Assembly (NCBI GenBank): GCA_048013815.1
Contig: CM106585.1
Location: 5,332,001 to 5,396,000 of the forward strand
Direction of reading: 5' to 3'
Length of the DNA: 64,000 nt
DNA from: Setoptus koraiensis
Lineage: Eukaryota > Animalia > Arthropoda
The position numbers and the translations under genes were made by a program. Of this stretch, positions 25,615-38,600 are shown piece by piece; the first letter of the stretch is position 1; every line of letters starts with the position of its first letter. Below the pieces are notes generated by a model. That model searched no databases. It saw only the letters and a program-made list of their open reading frames with translations, and was not told the origin of the DNA.

Positions 25615-28070
25615 TGTAAGTGGAATGAATGTAAGCGGCTCGCGAGGGCGACGCTGATTGATTCGCACATCCGCGCCGGGCCGTTCCGACAGCTCGCACT
25701 CTGGCGACTGCGAGCGCCCCGCCACTCCGACGACGCGAAGACTGCGAGCGCTCGCGCCACTCCCAACTTGGCAGTCCCAGGACCCAAACGACGACGCGAC
25801 GACGCCCCAAACGATTAAGACGCCACCCGGCGCAAGCCACTTTTTGCTGGCTGTCATCGGGGCGCTGGCGAGGCGCGATTATTCAAGTGTAAATATTTGC
25901 ATCTGCATTGTTGGCGGCGCCATTGTGCAGCCGTCGCCAGCCAGCTTTGGTCGGCTCGAGCTTCTCGCGAATTCGCTCCGGCGGCAGCTCGCGGCAACTC
26001 GCGGCGCCCCTAGCTGCAAGTCGGCCTCTGACTGCGCGCCAGTGGGTGCGCGCGATACCATTGTGCGCCCAACGGTCTCACCTGTTCTCGGCTCGGCGGG
26101 CGCTGCGATCGCAACGCCAGTCGCTGATGGCCAGATAAAGGACGACACAGATTGAATGATGATGATCGAGAGATAGCGCGCCAACCGAACAGGTAATGCG
26201 CAAACTGAACAGGTAACGCACGAGCCAATACAACACACACGCACGACAACGGTAATGGCATGGAGTGGCGGAATTGAGCAACCGGAATGGAATCGCGCCA
26301 GCCCGCCTGTCAACTGGCGTTCGCTAATGGCAGCCGTCGCACCAGAATCATATTATCATCATTATGGCCGGCCCACTGTGCCGGCCCCCCCCCCCCAGTG
26401 CAATGGAAGTGCAACGCGCAAGCTGCGCACGGGCCCATGGCCGCCCCCCGATGAGACAACAATGCCCGCCCGCCCTCCCCTCCCCGATGAGACAACAATG
26501 CCCGCCGGGTTCGGCCCCGCGACCCGCGCACGCCCTCACAAAGCGTGACCGAGGCAACCGACGGCCAGCTACCGTGTTGTACCGACGGGGCCACTGACCA
26601 TTAGCGGCCCCGTCGACAACGCGGGCCTCGCGGGCTGCCAGTCACGGCCCCCAATTCGGCTGCGCAATTTGGAGCGCGCCGGCTGGGCGCTGCAAGCTGG
26701 CCAAGCCGACCAAGCTGGAGAGGGCACCCGCGACAACGGCCTGGGCCTCACGAAATCAAGTCGCTGGCCGGCCGGCCGGTGTGGGCACGGCGCCCATCAA
26801 TTTGCTCGTCATGTGCCGCTGACACACGCGGTGGCGGGCCGACTGGACGCGCCGACCGGCTGTCGGGCCGTTGCCCAGCCACGGTCGTGTTGTTGTTGTC
26901 GGTGGTGCTGTTGTTGCCGTTGTTGTCGTTGCCGTTGTTGTCGTTGCCGTTGTTGTTATTGTTGCTGTCGGTGTTGCTGTTGTTGTCGTTGGTGCCGTTC
27001 AACGGTGCGCCGACGGAGCGAGTGTGTAACTCGATACGCGTCGCTTGTTGTCGCTGTTATTCACTTATTAGCTGTCCGCCGTATTGTCGCCGGCGAGCCA
27101 GCCAATAAATGCGGGGGCGGCACACGCTGCACTTAATCCGGCCAGGTTAACTTTGGGCCGGAGCTGCGACAACAGCAACAACAGCGACAGCAGCAACAAC
27201 GGCAACAACAACAACTGCGTGCCAGCGCGAGCTCCCGGTGCGAGGGGCCCGCATCGACAGTTGGACGAGTTTCCATTGTTCACGCTGAGCACGCTCGCCG
27301 ATGCACCCAGCGGATCCTGTGGGGCCCGCGACCAGCTGACCGGCATCCATTTTGGGGCCCGGCGTGGAAATACTTGAGCGCGCTGGCAGCATCACGCGGG
27401 CACGCAGTTGTTGCTGCCGCTGTTGTTGTTGTTTTCGTTGTCGGTGACGTTTTGCGCTGTTTGTCGCCCCCGGTTGCGGACAGACGTTGCTGCTGTGCAA
27501 AATCTGGCGCCGATTAAATGGAACTGGCGCTGGCACTGGCGAAATGGCACTTGTGTTGTTGTGTCGCGCCCCCCACCCCCATTCAAATTCACGCCAACGC
27601 TACCGTCACCGTTGTCGGCTTGACAGAATGATCCCCTCGAGAGAGCGGCGCGAATAATGGCGAGCTTATGGACTGGCTATGGCGTGGCGCCGCAAGTGGC
27701 CCCCACAATTGCCAGCCAGCCGGCCAGCCAGCGACAATGGCGCACAATGGCACACAAATGTTGTGCGCGCGGATAATTCCGTCGGCGCCAATATACTTAT
27801 ACAGCCTCTCATAACTGCCACGCTCTTGCCTTATAACTGTCTTATGCGGTCGCCCGTATCATGGGCCCCATAAGCGTTTGCGTGGCCCCACAAACTGATT
27901 GTCACACCCTGCAATAACAATAACTGGCTGGCTTTGTAATCATTGCCAGCGCATCTTGCGCTCGCTCGCGTTTACGGCCCCCATTTACAGGCGCTCTCTC
28001 ACACACAAATATATGTATGTCGGCCCCAAAACTGGAAAAACTGGCGCCGGCCCACAGTGCGCCCCAATAT

Positions 28071-28143
28071 GCCCCAACGAGCCGCAAGGTGCCCCAACGA
28101 GCCGCAAGGTGCCCTAGCGAGCCGCACTGTGCCCCGATGAGCG
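28071..28143. repeat. 20-bp tandem repeat x3.5 (GCCCCAACGAGCCGCAAGGT)
   Basis: Two perfect units, one diverged unit and one partial unit. Confidence 0.88.
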
Positions 28144-29273
28144 GCGATGCGCCGTCACAGGCTGTCACGGGCCGCAATGCGCCGTAATATGCCGCTTGTC
28201 GCAGTTTCGTCCACGAAGGCCGCCCGCTTTGTTCACGCTGTCAGTGTCGGTTTGCTCGCGCTCGCCACTGGTCATCGCCGGTCCGGCCAGATATTTCGGA
28301 ACGAGCGATAGTCAGATATTTCGGCGCAAGCGCCAGTCAGATATTTCGTTGCACAGCTCAAGACATTCGAGGCGCGGCGCTTTCGTGCATCGCGGCACAC
28401 AGGTCGGCCGAGCGGCGGGCCCCATTAGCTGATTATCGCATCGAATATGCATAATTGAGTCGGATGGTTGGACAGGTGCGCGCGTTGTTGATTGGCGCCG
28501 TGGAGCGGGCCGCACATGCCCGCGGTTGAGCACGAGCCAAATTAACTGGACCAACGGCCAAGGGTAATAACAAAGAGGCAAGAACGCGCGTCGGGCGACA
28601 AGATAACTGTCTGTCGGGCTGGCTGGCACGTAAATCGCACGTGCCGGCCAGTTATCTTAGTGTATGATATGACTGCTGCCGAAATCTCTGGATATGCAAT
28701 TGAATTTAGATTGGTATCACGAGATCCGTGCGCCTGGCACGCGCGTTTAGGAGCCGCTCCAATTGGCGCCACTGGCCGTCGGATCATCGGCGACCGGCGA
28801 CCAGCGACCAGCGACTGGCCACTGACCACTAGTGACCAGCGACTGGCGACACAACAAAATTGCAAGCATTCCGGCCACTCAAGTGACGTCACACGTCCAG
28901 TTGGCTCGTTCCATTGTGCGGGCACAATACAGCGGCCGGCGAGTCGGTTAGAAAGACGACGAGTCAGCCGTAAGTGACCGCGACACACGCAAGCGATAAA
29001 GCGAGGGCCGCAAATGCAGGGCCAATGCACATGAACGATGCAACGGCGGCACAAGAGATTGAAAATGTAATATTGTTATGTAATGCAATTCCGATTCGAC
29101 CAATTTAATTCGTTTTTTCGCGCGCGCACTGGCATCTTGTTTTGAGAGGTTTTCAGCCAAACTGAGTCGTTGTCGGCCAGACAAAATTGGTCGCTCTGTC
29201 ACAAACTGGCGACAAAGCGACAAAACGACGGAGCGACAGAACGACAGAACGACAAAACACTCGCTCTCTCACT

Positions 29274-29312
29274 GTTTGTCGACTGGGCCCAGCGTGGCCC
29301 AGTCGACAAACG
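29274..29312. repeat. Perfect hairpin, 16-bp arms, 7-nt loop
   Basis: GTTTGTCGACTGGGCC-CCAGCGT-GGCCCAGTCGACAAAC. Confidence 0.95.
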
Positions 29313-29427
29313 CCAATTATAATTAGTCGCTAATTAATGCGTCGGCGCCACTTACCTGGCTGGCCGCTGTTAGTGGCCGGTGCGAATAAATGCAAATTAG
29401 CTTGCTGTTGTTGCGGCTTGCTGCTGC

Positions 29428-29480
29428 TGTTGCGCTAAACGATGTTGCGCTAAACGATGTTGCGCTAAACGATGTTGCGC
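29428..29480. repeat. 15-bp tandem repeat x3.5 (TGTTGCGCTAAACGA)
   Basis: Three perfect units plus a partial unit. Confidence 0.92.
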
Positions 29481-30110
29481 CAAAATGGCGTTGTTGTCGC
29501 TCGTATCAAACGCGTGTTGGCGAGCTTGCTGGGGCCCACAATGTTTGCGCTTGTGTGTTTCTGTCCGCTGCTTCTACTGCTTGTTCGCCGCTGCAAGCCC
29601 ACAAACAAATGCCACGGATAAACACGTGACGGATAATCGGTGATTCGGTTGAGTTTATTCTTACTTTATTTCTCGCGTTTCATTCATCGTTCACACAGTT
29701 GACACAAAGTTTGACACATTGTAATAATTGTTGCTGTTATTGTCGGTATTGTCGACACAGGTATCACATGTGCCGGTTAGTTTTTTCACACAGTTTTCAC
29801 AGTTTCACAGTTTTCAGTCAGTGTTGCTAGCGGGGTTTGCGCGCACTATTGTGATTCGCTATTGTGTGTCAGTGTAAACTTTTTGCGTGCCAAGACACAC
29901 TCACAGTTGACATTGTGGCCGAATGTAAACAACATTTGCACAACAACAACAACGCCTACAATGCCGACAACAGCTGCTCCACTGATGATACGCCGATGGC
30001 CGATATTGGCAACGCAATGACAACTCAATCTTGAGATGAGACTTTCGAACAACTCAGGTGACAGTTGCCGCTGTTGTTGAGCTTGACAGGACAACAACAA
30101 CAACAACACG

Positions 30111-30220
30111 GTTGTGCGTGTGCGTCGTCACTTGTCGTCGTCGCGTTGTGCGTGTGCGTCGTCACTTGTCGTCGTGCGTTGTGCGTGTGCGTCGTCACTT
30201 GTCGTCGCGCGTTGTGCGTG
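30111..30220. repeat. ~33-bp tandem repeat x3.3
   Basis: GTTGTGCGTGTGCGTCGTCACTTGTCGTCG.. units at 30111, 30145, 30178 and a partial unit at 30211. Confidence 0.9.
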
Positions 30221-31056
30221 CTCACTAATTTGGCCTGCTCTGGCGTGCGCTGGTGCCGCTGCCGCCCGATCATCAAACATCAACTCACTCACTCTAATAC
30301 TCTATACACTCTATATGCGCTGTGTAATACAAGTAATATATTTATATATTATATAGGGCACGCACTGCAACTAGTACATAAATGTATGTATGTGTTTGAG
30401 TTGTTGTTGTTGAGAATTTCTCTTCTTATGCTTCCAATTTCGTCGTCGTCGTCGTTAGCCTATTGCCGCCACTGGTGACCATCGCGAGCTGCAGCGAAAC
30501 GCTTCGAGCCGAGTCCAAACTAACAATGAGCTTGCCAGCGAACTGGCCGGCCAGCAGCCCGTTGCAGCGCCAGCACTTATTGAGGTCGCGCAAATACGCT
30601 GCATAGCGACCCGGTGCGCGCAAACACGGCACATAGCGACTCAGCGCGCGCAAACACGCACGCAGAGTGCAGCAATATTGTGTGCGCATAGCGACTTCGC
30701 GCACTACCATTACCAGTTACTGGCAGCAAGCTACTAGCGGCAAGCTACTAGCGGCCAGCCACTAGCGCCCGGCAGCTCAAACAGTAAATTGTGCGTGTCT
30801 AGTGAGCGCCCCCACACACATCATTGGTAAACATTCTGACATTTATATATGGGGGGCCCATGTACAGTAAGAATATAATTTTGTTGAGCCATGAGACAAT
30901 CGCACCGACTCACACAAATTAGACACGCTAGTGTGGGGTTTATTGCTGCTACTGCTGTTGTTTGTACACATTAATTTAAATTAAACTTGCTTTCCATTTG
31001 CTGCCATCTCTAATCTTGTTTCACATCTTGTTGCTTGCCCACTCTCTCGTTGCGCC

Positions 31057-31623
31057 TCAATCCAGCACTTGTATCAGGTAAATCAAGAAGGTGCCCAAGC
31101 TCGACAGCATTCGCCTCTTGAGTTTATCCTGTTTAACTGGACACGAATAGACGCCAGAGGACGACATTACATTTTCGCGATTATTATTTTCATTATTATT
31201 ATTGCTGCCGGCATTACATTGAGTGTGCGATACATTCGTAAAATTGCTTATATCACCGGCCACTTGACCAACAATTTCAGATGGAATAGCGCCCATTTTC
31301 ACCAACGATGACGACTCCACGTCCATTTGATTGCACATATCACAAGCATTCGATTGAGACTTAGATCTCATTCTAAATTCCTCTTTACGCTCTGACTGCT
31401 CCGTATCGGACCCGCTTATCCTTGTCCACAGATTTCCGCCTATGTAGTAACCGTGGCATGTGAAGGATAGCTTCTTAGTGTTCGTGTCGCCACAACAACA
31501 ACGACAATCGTTTGACTTGTCAGTGCCCGTGACCATCTTGTTATTATCATCCCGGTCCTGTTGATAGTGACCATCCCCGCAGTCCACCATTAGGTAATAC
31601 TCACAGCTTCCTTGGTGCTTCAT
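31057..31623 (-). CDS. Hypothetical Cys-rich protein, 188 aa, single exon
   Basis: ATG start in an ACAACT-ATG context after an in-frame upstream stop. Asn run as in the neighbouring genes. Candidate TATATAAA at ~31946-31953 and AATAAA at 30939-30944 (both minus strand). No family recognised. Confidence 0.45.
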   Translation of the reverse strand: MKHQGSCEYYLMVDCGDGHYQQDRDDNNKMVTGTDKSNDCRCCCGDTNTKKLSFTCHGYYIGGNLWTRISGSDTEQSERKEEFRMRSKSQSNACDMCNQMDVESSSLVKMGAIPSEIVGQVAGDISNFTNVSHTQCNAGSNNNNENNNRENVMSSSGVYSCPVKQDKLKRRMLSSLGTFLIYLIQVLD

Positions 31624-32626
31624 AGTTGTTGTTTAAGTTCGAGTGTGACTAACAGATGAAATTGTCCGCCAAAGAGTGTTCGTGATGTTGAAATTGAATT
31701 TTTCAATTATTTTCTCTATTGTTATCAACATTAATGACAATTTGAGGAATTGTAATAAAAAAAAATGACGATGATTTATTATTACTAAATTTATTATCCT
31801 TCCAATTATTTTCACCAAAAATAACAACAACTGACGCGACGCAGTATGGCTGAAGGACTTAAAATCAACAACGACCGACCGACTAGGACACTTGTCTATC
31901 GTTGAATGTTGGCGATAATGATAATTTTCAACTAATCACAATCGATTTATATAAATATTAATAATATGTGCGCACCAGCATTAATTCAATAAACAGCTTC
32001 TCAAATGACCGAATAAATTCACACTCTCTGCCAATGATGCACAACTTGACTGCTCATTAAATTCATCTGATACGAAAAACATGATTATTTCAATACAAAA
32101 TCCCATATATATTCCTTGATAGTGATGAAGGAGCTAATAATAATTGTTTCGTATTCCTATGAAATTGTGCAGTTTCACATTGAAATACGATACAATTATC
32201 GCAATGTCACGGCAGTCATCTGAGACGCTTCAAATTTTTTGTCGCCTCCGTAGATGCCTCTGATTCATTATATCCTTGTTGTTTCTTTCAATAAAATAAT
32301 CAATAGAGAAAAATAAACATGCAACCCAGTCGTTCATCTTAATAATTCTTATAATTATCTATTTATTGTGCTTAATCTAATTTCAGGTTGCACTTTCGCA
32401 AACATTATTTTACAACAATTAATCTATTGCATGTGACTATAAAAAGACGACATTATTGCACATATATTGACATTATCGACACTTTTGTTAATCTTTTCAC
32501 TCGGGGATTGGTGCTTGATAAATTTCTGACCACCCGTATACTGTATTTTCTTCCTCCACTTCATTTATATATTTATATTTTTAGTTACTGTATGTACTGT
32601 TTTATTTACTTGCATTATTCATGCTC

Positions 32627-35600
32627 TCATGAATCCTGCGGCGATGAGAATTTGTTTGGGTCATCCATAGAAATGTCAGCCGTTACCCAATCGACAAAAT
32701 TTTGGCCTTGACGAAAATTCTTAGTTGGTATGGCAAAATGTTCCTTCACTTGTTCAGGCGTTGGATGATGATCTAGATTCGACATTTCCGGTTTGGGGCC
32801 AAAGTCTAAATTAGACGACAATTGTGGATCATCAACAGGTACATCGATCCACTTGCCATCAACTAACTTCTTCTTTTTTCCCTCCTTGGCCCATTTTTTA
32901 TCATGCCAATGCTCTTCTTCTCTGTGCTCAAACAATCTATCGCGAGATTTTTCATTGCCCTGATCGTGATGCAATTCCATTTCCCCTTTGGCACCCTTGT
33001 TTGAAGCTGTTGGATTATTTTTGCTACCACTTATGAGAGCTAGAGGCTCGAGATGACTCTCCTCGGCATCCTTGCCTTTCCATCTAATTTGAATTTGATA
33101 CTGATGTGGCACCACATTGGGATCGTCCTCATGAGAGTATTTGTTGTATTTATTCTTTGAGTAGATACCACTATCCTCTGAACTATCAGTGGACGCAGCA
33201 TCGGTTGAATCATCGGAGGATGTGTCGTTATTTCTGGGGTTATCATTGTAGGTGGTCACTTTTTGATTATTTTCATCGGCGGATGCTGCCGTCGATGACA
33301 AAATAGACTCTTGGTGGGGATCCTTGTGTTTGTTAAGACTGGCGCTCCTTGTCACTTGAGCCATGATGTCATTGATCGAAGTAGGTGTTGTGGTCATTAA
33401 TGCCGACGGTGTTTCGTTATGAGAATTTCTATTTTGTTCCTTGGTGATTGATTGATCCCCGGAGAGTATATCTGACACAGCAAACGATGATGAATCAGAG
33501 GAATTTGGCGTTGGGGATACCACCCCATGATGATAAAATAGATTGGCCCCATGATGATCATTCTGTTCACTATTCGTAGTAGTATCTTGGTAGGGATGAT
33601 GATCAACCTCTTCATTAAGATGAATAGATGGCGTTGGAGAAGGAACTGAGCTTGTCGGATTGTCACCCACTGTTGATTGTGTATCATCATTTTTTAAGGC
33701 CGTTCTTATGGTGGGTCTTGCTGTGTAAACCAAATGTCGGCTGCTGTTGTTGTCATTAACGGGACCAACACTCAACAGGTTGTCGTTTGGATTGTGGTTG
33801 CTATTGTTCTCAGAACCAACACCCAAAAGATTATTATTGTTCACACTATTGGCCTCTTCCTCGGCAGCTAAGTGTAGACTTTCCATCAGTCTGGGTCCGT
33901 TGCTGGCCAATGTGACAGAGTAATCCTCATTATTTTCATTGTTATTCTTCGACACTAAAGGGCTTGGATCCCCGTATTTGTTGCCTGTATTACTGGCCTC
34001 TGGCTGTTGTGTTGGCCTCGCTGTTGGCTGATAATAAGACAGGCTCGGTGTTGATGAGGGTACATAATTTTTGTAGGTTGTGTTGCGTAAGTTGTACTTG
34101 CTTGTTGTTGCTGTTGCAATTGGCTTGTAATTTGAGTCGGTCTGCCTTCTGTCTTTGGCTTGATGCTGTTGTTGTCTGTGATGATATTGTTGATTCGATT
34201 GTAGTACATTTTTCAGTGTTGGCTTCTCCACGCTATAATCAAATGATCTGGTATATTCATCATTAGATCTAAGTGGCTTTAATGTGGTATGATTCCTCTT
34301 GTAACTCTGCTTTCTGTTACCACCAGTGCTATTGTTGGTTTTTGCTGATGAACGTGCACTGTTATTGGATTTTCTCTGATTGTTCATGCTGTGAAAAGAA
34401 CCACTGTCCGCCATTGAATTGGTGTTGCTGTTGTTATCACCAGAGATGTTTGCAGCGGTTGTGCTGGTATTATTATTACAGTTACATTCTGTTGTTGTTT
34501 CTGGCGGTGGTAAATCTTGAACCGTATCTTCCGGTACACCAGGCACAGTTTCCGGTTTCATTGGTGATGGCAAGGCTGATTGTAGATGATGTTTTCTCAA
34601 ACGAGTATTGTTCGTTATTGTTTTATTGTTATATCTGTAACCATACTGCCTATTCCCATCGGTTGATTGATTGGGGCCAACATTGATATCGCGCTTCTTG
34701 GTACCCTGAAACTGATCATCTTCATCATTGTTGTAATTATTGTTGGCAGAAGGCCTCATCATAGGATCATTTTGTGGTCTCGGAGCCGGAGTTGGCAGTG
34801 TAATATTGTTCTCTGAAGATTGTGAGGTAGATCTATCGTCGAGATTAATGTTATCATTGTTACCATTAATATTGTTATTATCGCCATCTGTTATTTGCGG
34901 GGGTGCTGTTGTTGTTGTATCGCCACCTGTATCAGGAAATTTCTCAAGACGATAACCGTCGCCATCGTCGTCATCATCATCTTGCTCATTATTATTATAG
35001 TCCATATCTGTGTTTTGTGGGAGGTTGCCATTTTCATTGTTGTTATTTTCTCCATTATATGAGTGATCGTTATTACTAATAATATCATTATTATTAACTA
35101 ATTTGGTTGATTGATCATGCTGATTATGCATATCTAATGGATTTGTCTGTTGATGATTGATGTTGTCGGTGTTGCTGGTATCTTTTGATGAGGTTCGCAT
35201 CTTGGCTCGTCTACCATTATGTGAATTCTCTTTGCGAGTTCCAGCTCCATCGGAGTATTCATTATTGTTCGTGTTGTCTGGACGATATATTCTTTTCGTC
35301 CTATCTCTAGTGTTCGGCTTCCTAATTCCATAATTGTCGTCATCGTTTGATCTTGCTGATTCTTGACGTGATTTTGCCTGAGCAGGTTGATAGTTTTGTT
35401 GTCCTTGAGGTTTATTTATCCTCTTCTTACGTTGTTTGTTGGTGGTAGATGGTTGCTTATCTTTCACTGGAGCCTCGTCTCTAGCCATTAAACTCTGTCC
35501 TTTGCCATCTGACGATACAGTGGAATGTCGCGAGAATTTAGTGGGCCTAAGGACGTTATCATTGGTATCTCTGGCCATTTGTTGATGTTGTTGTTGCTGT

Positions 35601-38600
35601 TGAGCATGTAGCGTCTTTCTATCATTGTTTCTTGTCATCAGTGGCTTGATGAGCGGCTGAAAGCCTCCCTCGTGCTGCATACCTGATTGGTGGTGCTGAT
35701 GCTGCTGAGGTGAGGTCATTGATATCAAATTAACCGGGGGAAACTCCGTAGGTACCGTGGTTGCAAAGGTAACTGTTGGTTTCAATGTGTAGGATTTAGT
35801 TGGTTGCGGAGGCTGAGTGGGTGGATTGTTGTTACCACTAATGATATGACCGGTGGTATATATTGGTGAGTTAGATTTCATGATATAGTTGTCGCTAGAA
35901 TGCGACACTGGCGTAACTACAGATAGTAGTGGCCTCACAGTAGTCACAGGCTGGTATTGGCCCACAATGTGTTGCTGTTGATTGTTGTTGGCCAATAAAA
36001 ATGGAGATTCGGTGGTTGTAGTTATGGTGGCACCTATAATTTGCCCAACATTACTGCTCTGATTGTGATGGTAAACAATCTGTTGAGGTTGATCATTTGG
36101 GTGACTTACTATACTTTTGACAGAACCATGTTGCAAATTTATCTCATTATTGTTGTTGTCTAGATACAAGTTACCGTTAGCCTCATAGATTATCGGCCGA
36201 GAGGTTGTAGTAGTCTTATGTGCTATGGTAAATGGCAAAGGAGTTTGCTGTTGCTGCGTATGATGGGGTTGGTGCAAAACGTAGTGCTTATTTATCTGCG
36301 ACAATTGCCCGATATCATCCACTGGCCTCAAGATAACTCGAGCTGGAGAAATGCTTCTTGTCGGTATAGACATATCGGCTAGAACGGTTGGTTGACTTTG
36401 ATGGTTCAGAATAATTCTTGTTTTTTGTTGATGTTCTGTACTTGGACTTGCAAAATTATTTACAGACGCATAACCTCCTAACAATGACGACGGGACTTGT
36501 TGGATTATCCTGGTCACAGGCTCGATAGGTATTGGTCCCGTTGCACTACTATCGTTTTCTATGAAAGTGTTCGATAATGCCTCCAAAGATGGATTCTGAG
36601 CTATGTACTGATGATGATTAGGTTGAACGAGGGTACTAATTTCAGGTGTTTGATAAGCATTGATATGATCATAGGTTACAATAGGCTGATGCCTTATCAA
36701 ACTGTCGCCAGAGCTCGCCACATTACTCGGTGATCCCAAAAGTTTGTTAGCATTTTGTTGATGAATTTGGTTAGCCACTTGTTGGTTTTGGTAAACTGTA
36801 GCCTGATTTGTGTAGGTAGATGAAGTTATAGGTCTGTAGCTATTCAAATAATTATAATTGTTATTATTACTGAAACTATTACTGCTTATAGGGTTTCCAT
36901 TTCCATTGCTATAACCATTATTAATATTATTGTCTTCATTGTAATTAATGCTAGATGATGATGCAGCACTTGCAGCTGCCGCTATACCACTGGAAATGCA
37001 ATAATTAGGTATACAGCTATAACGGATTTTCGTGCCTTGTTGACTAGTTGGGGAACAGACTTCATTATCTGTAGCTGTCTGCAATGATAATAGCTGTTTT
37101 GTGGGATCCAGTGTTGACTTCTGTGACGGCTGTGACGATTGAGCTAATGGTATGGACGACGAATGGCTCGCAGAAACCATAGGATTGCCAGTTAAAATGG
37201 GCCTTGAATGTTCGTTCAAGAAATTATTTAAATCGAAATCTCCGAACGAGCTGATTGTATTCGACAATGATGATTGTCGACGCTTACTATTGGACTGCCT
37301 AGTTCGACGACGACTAATTGGTATTATCGAATTGCCATTGAAATGCCAGACAGCGCCAGGACTAGAAGATGACATGATATTACCCATTGGAGATGTTGCT
37401 GACGCCATGTCCACCGATGTGCCAGATGGGTATCCTCTCAAGGTATTAATGAAATTTGCAACAGCTTGCCAAAATGATGGTCGTTGCGATTGTGCCGCTT
37501 GTATTATGGGTGTTTGGGTGCTGGGCAGGGCCCATGTGGGTATAGCTCTGATAGGTGTAGCAAACTGTTGATTTGTTTGAATTGAACTGGTGGCGGCTGG
37601 ATACATAGCGGCTTGGCTATTAGAGCGGATATACTTTTTGATTGGCACTCTAGCTATGACAAAATTTTGTTGGCTCTGTAGGATGTGTTCAACTACTGCC
37701 CGATCAGCTTGTATAATATGTCGAGGTTTGTCACACCGAAATCTTCTACCTTGCTGGTTTGATGAAGATGGAAAGCTCTGCTGCAAACGATTTCTATTTG
37801 CTGATCCAATGCTGGATGCCTCAAACATTGGGAACCCATTGGTATCGGAAGTTTGGTGGTCGAACGGTGGTAGTTGGATGTCCGCGACAAAACTATTCAT
37901 GTTTTGAGTTAAATGATTATTACTGCTGTTGCGATTGTTGTCATCATGATTATTTGCCATGGAAGCTTTTAATGGTATAGGTATTATTTGTGTCCTCGCG
38001 CTAGTTTGGTGGTGCAAAGTAGGAAGATTGTCAGATTGAATAAATTGTTGTTGCTGTTTGAAGAGCAAATTGCTCATCGGTTCGTCGAATGCCTCAAGAC
38101 CGATTGACTCTTGCTCGGAAGATAATGTATCAAAATCACCACCATCGTTTGGCATGACTAATTTGTGATTTTGAAATATCTCATCATTCTCAGTTAAATT
38201 TTGGAATGGAATTTCATGAATTGGCCGCAAATTGGTAGACTGGGGGGACCTAATATAATTATTCGGATGTTTGAGACTATTGAATGTCCAAAGATGCCTA
38301 ACAATTCCACCACCATTGATAGATGGACCACTGAATAGTCTCAATGGCTCTCTTTTCTGATATAGCTGGGACCAGCCATTGGAAGATGGTGCCTGATTGA
38401 CGTTATTGGAATTTATATCTTGATTGTGGAAGTTGCTTGTGACAGTCGATTTGAATATGTTCGATGGCCTGGATTGCAACATTGGATTTCTCAAAAATTT
38501 AGCTGCTAGTCTTGGTAGCAATCCCATCTGCTGTTGATTATTGTTTTTGTGAAAGTTAACTTCATTCTTTGATGCGGATTGGGTCAAATGTTGTCGCAGC

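Noticed and set aside
28660-28740. FN3-like phrase EISGYAIEFRLVS..W
   Set aside because: The upstream W-x-x-P strand and the downstream domain are missing and no neighbouring exons were found. Probably a chance match.
222-30710. Hundreds of 60-200-aa ORFs in the GC-rich half
   Set aside because: They are Arg/Ala/Pro/Gly-rich or microsatellite-derived, overlap on both strands and often start at GTG/TTG. None shows a recognisable domain (no homeobox, zinc finger or transposase/RT motif). This is expected from GC content alone.
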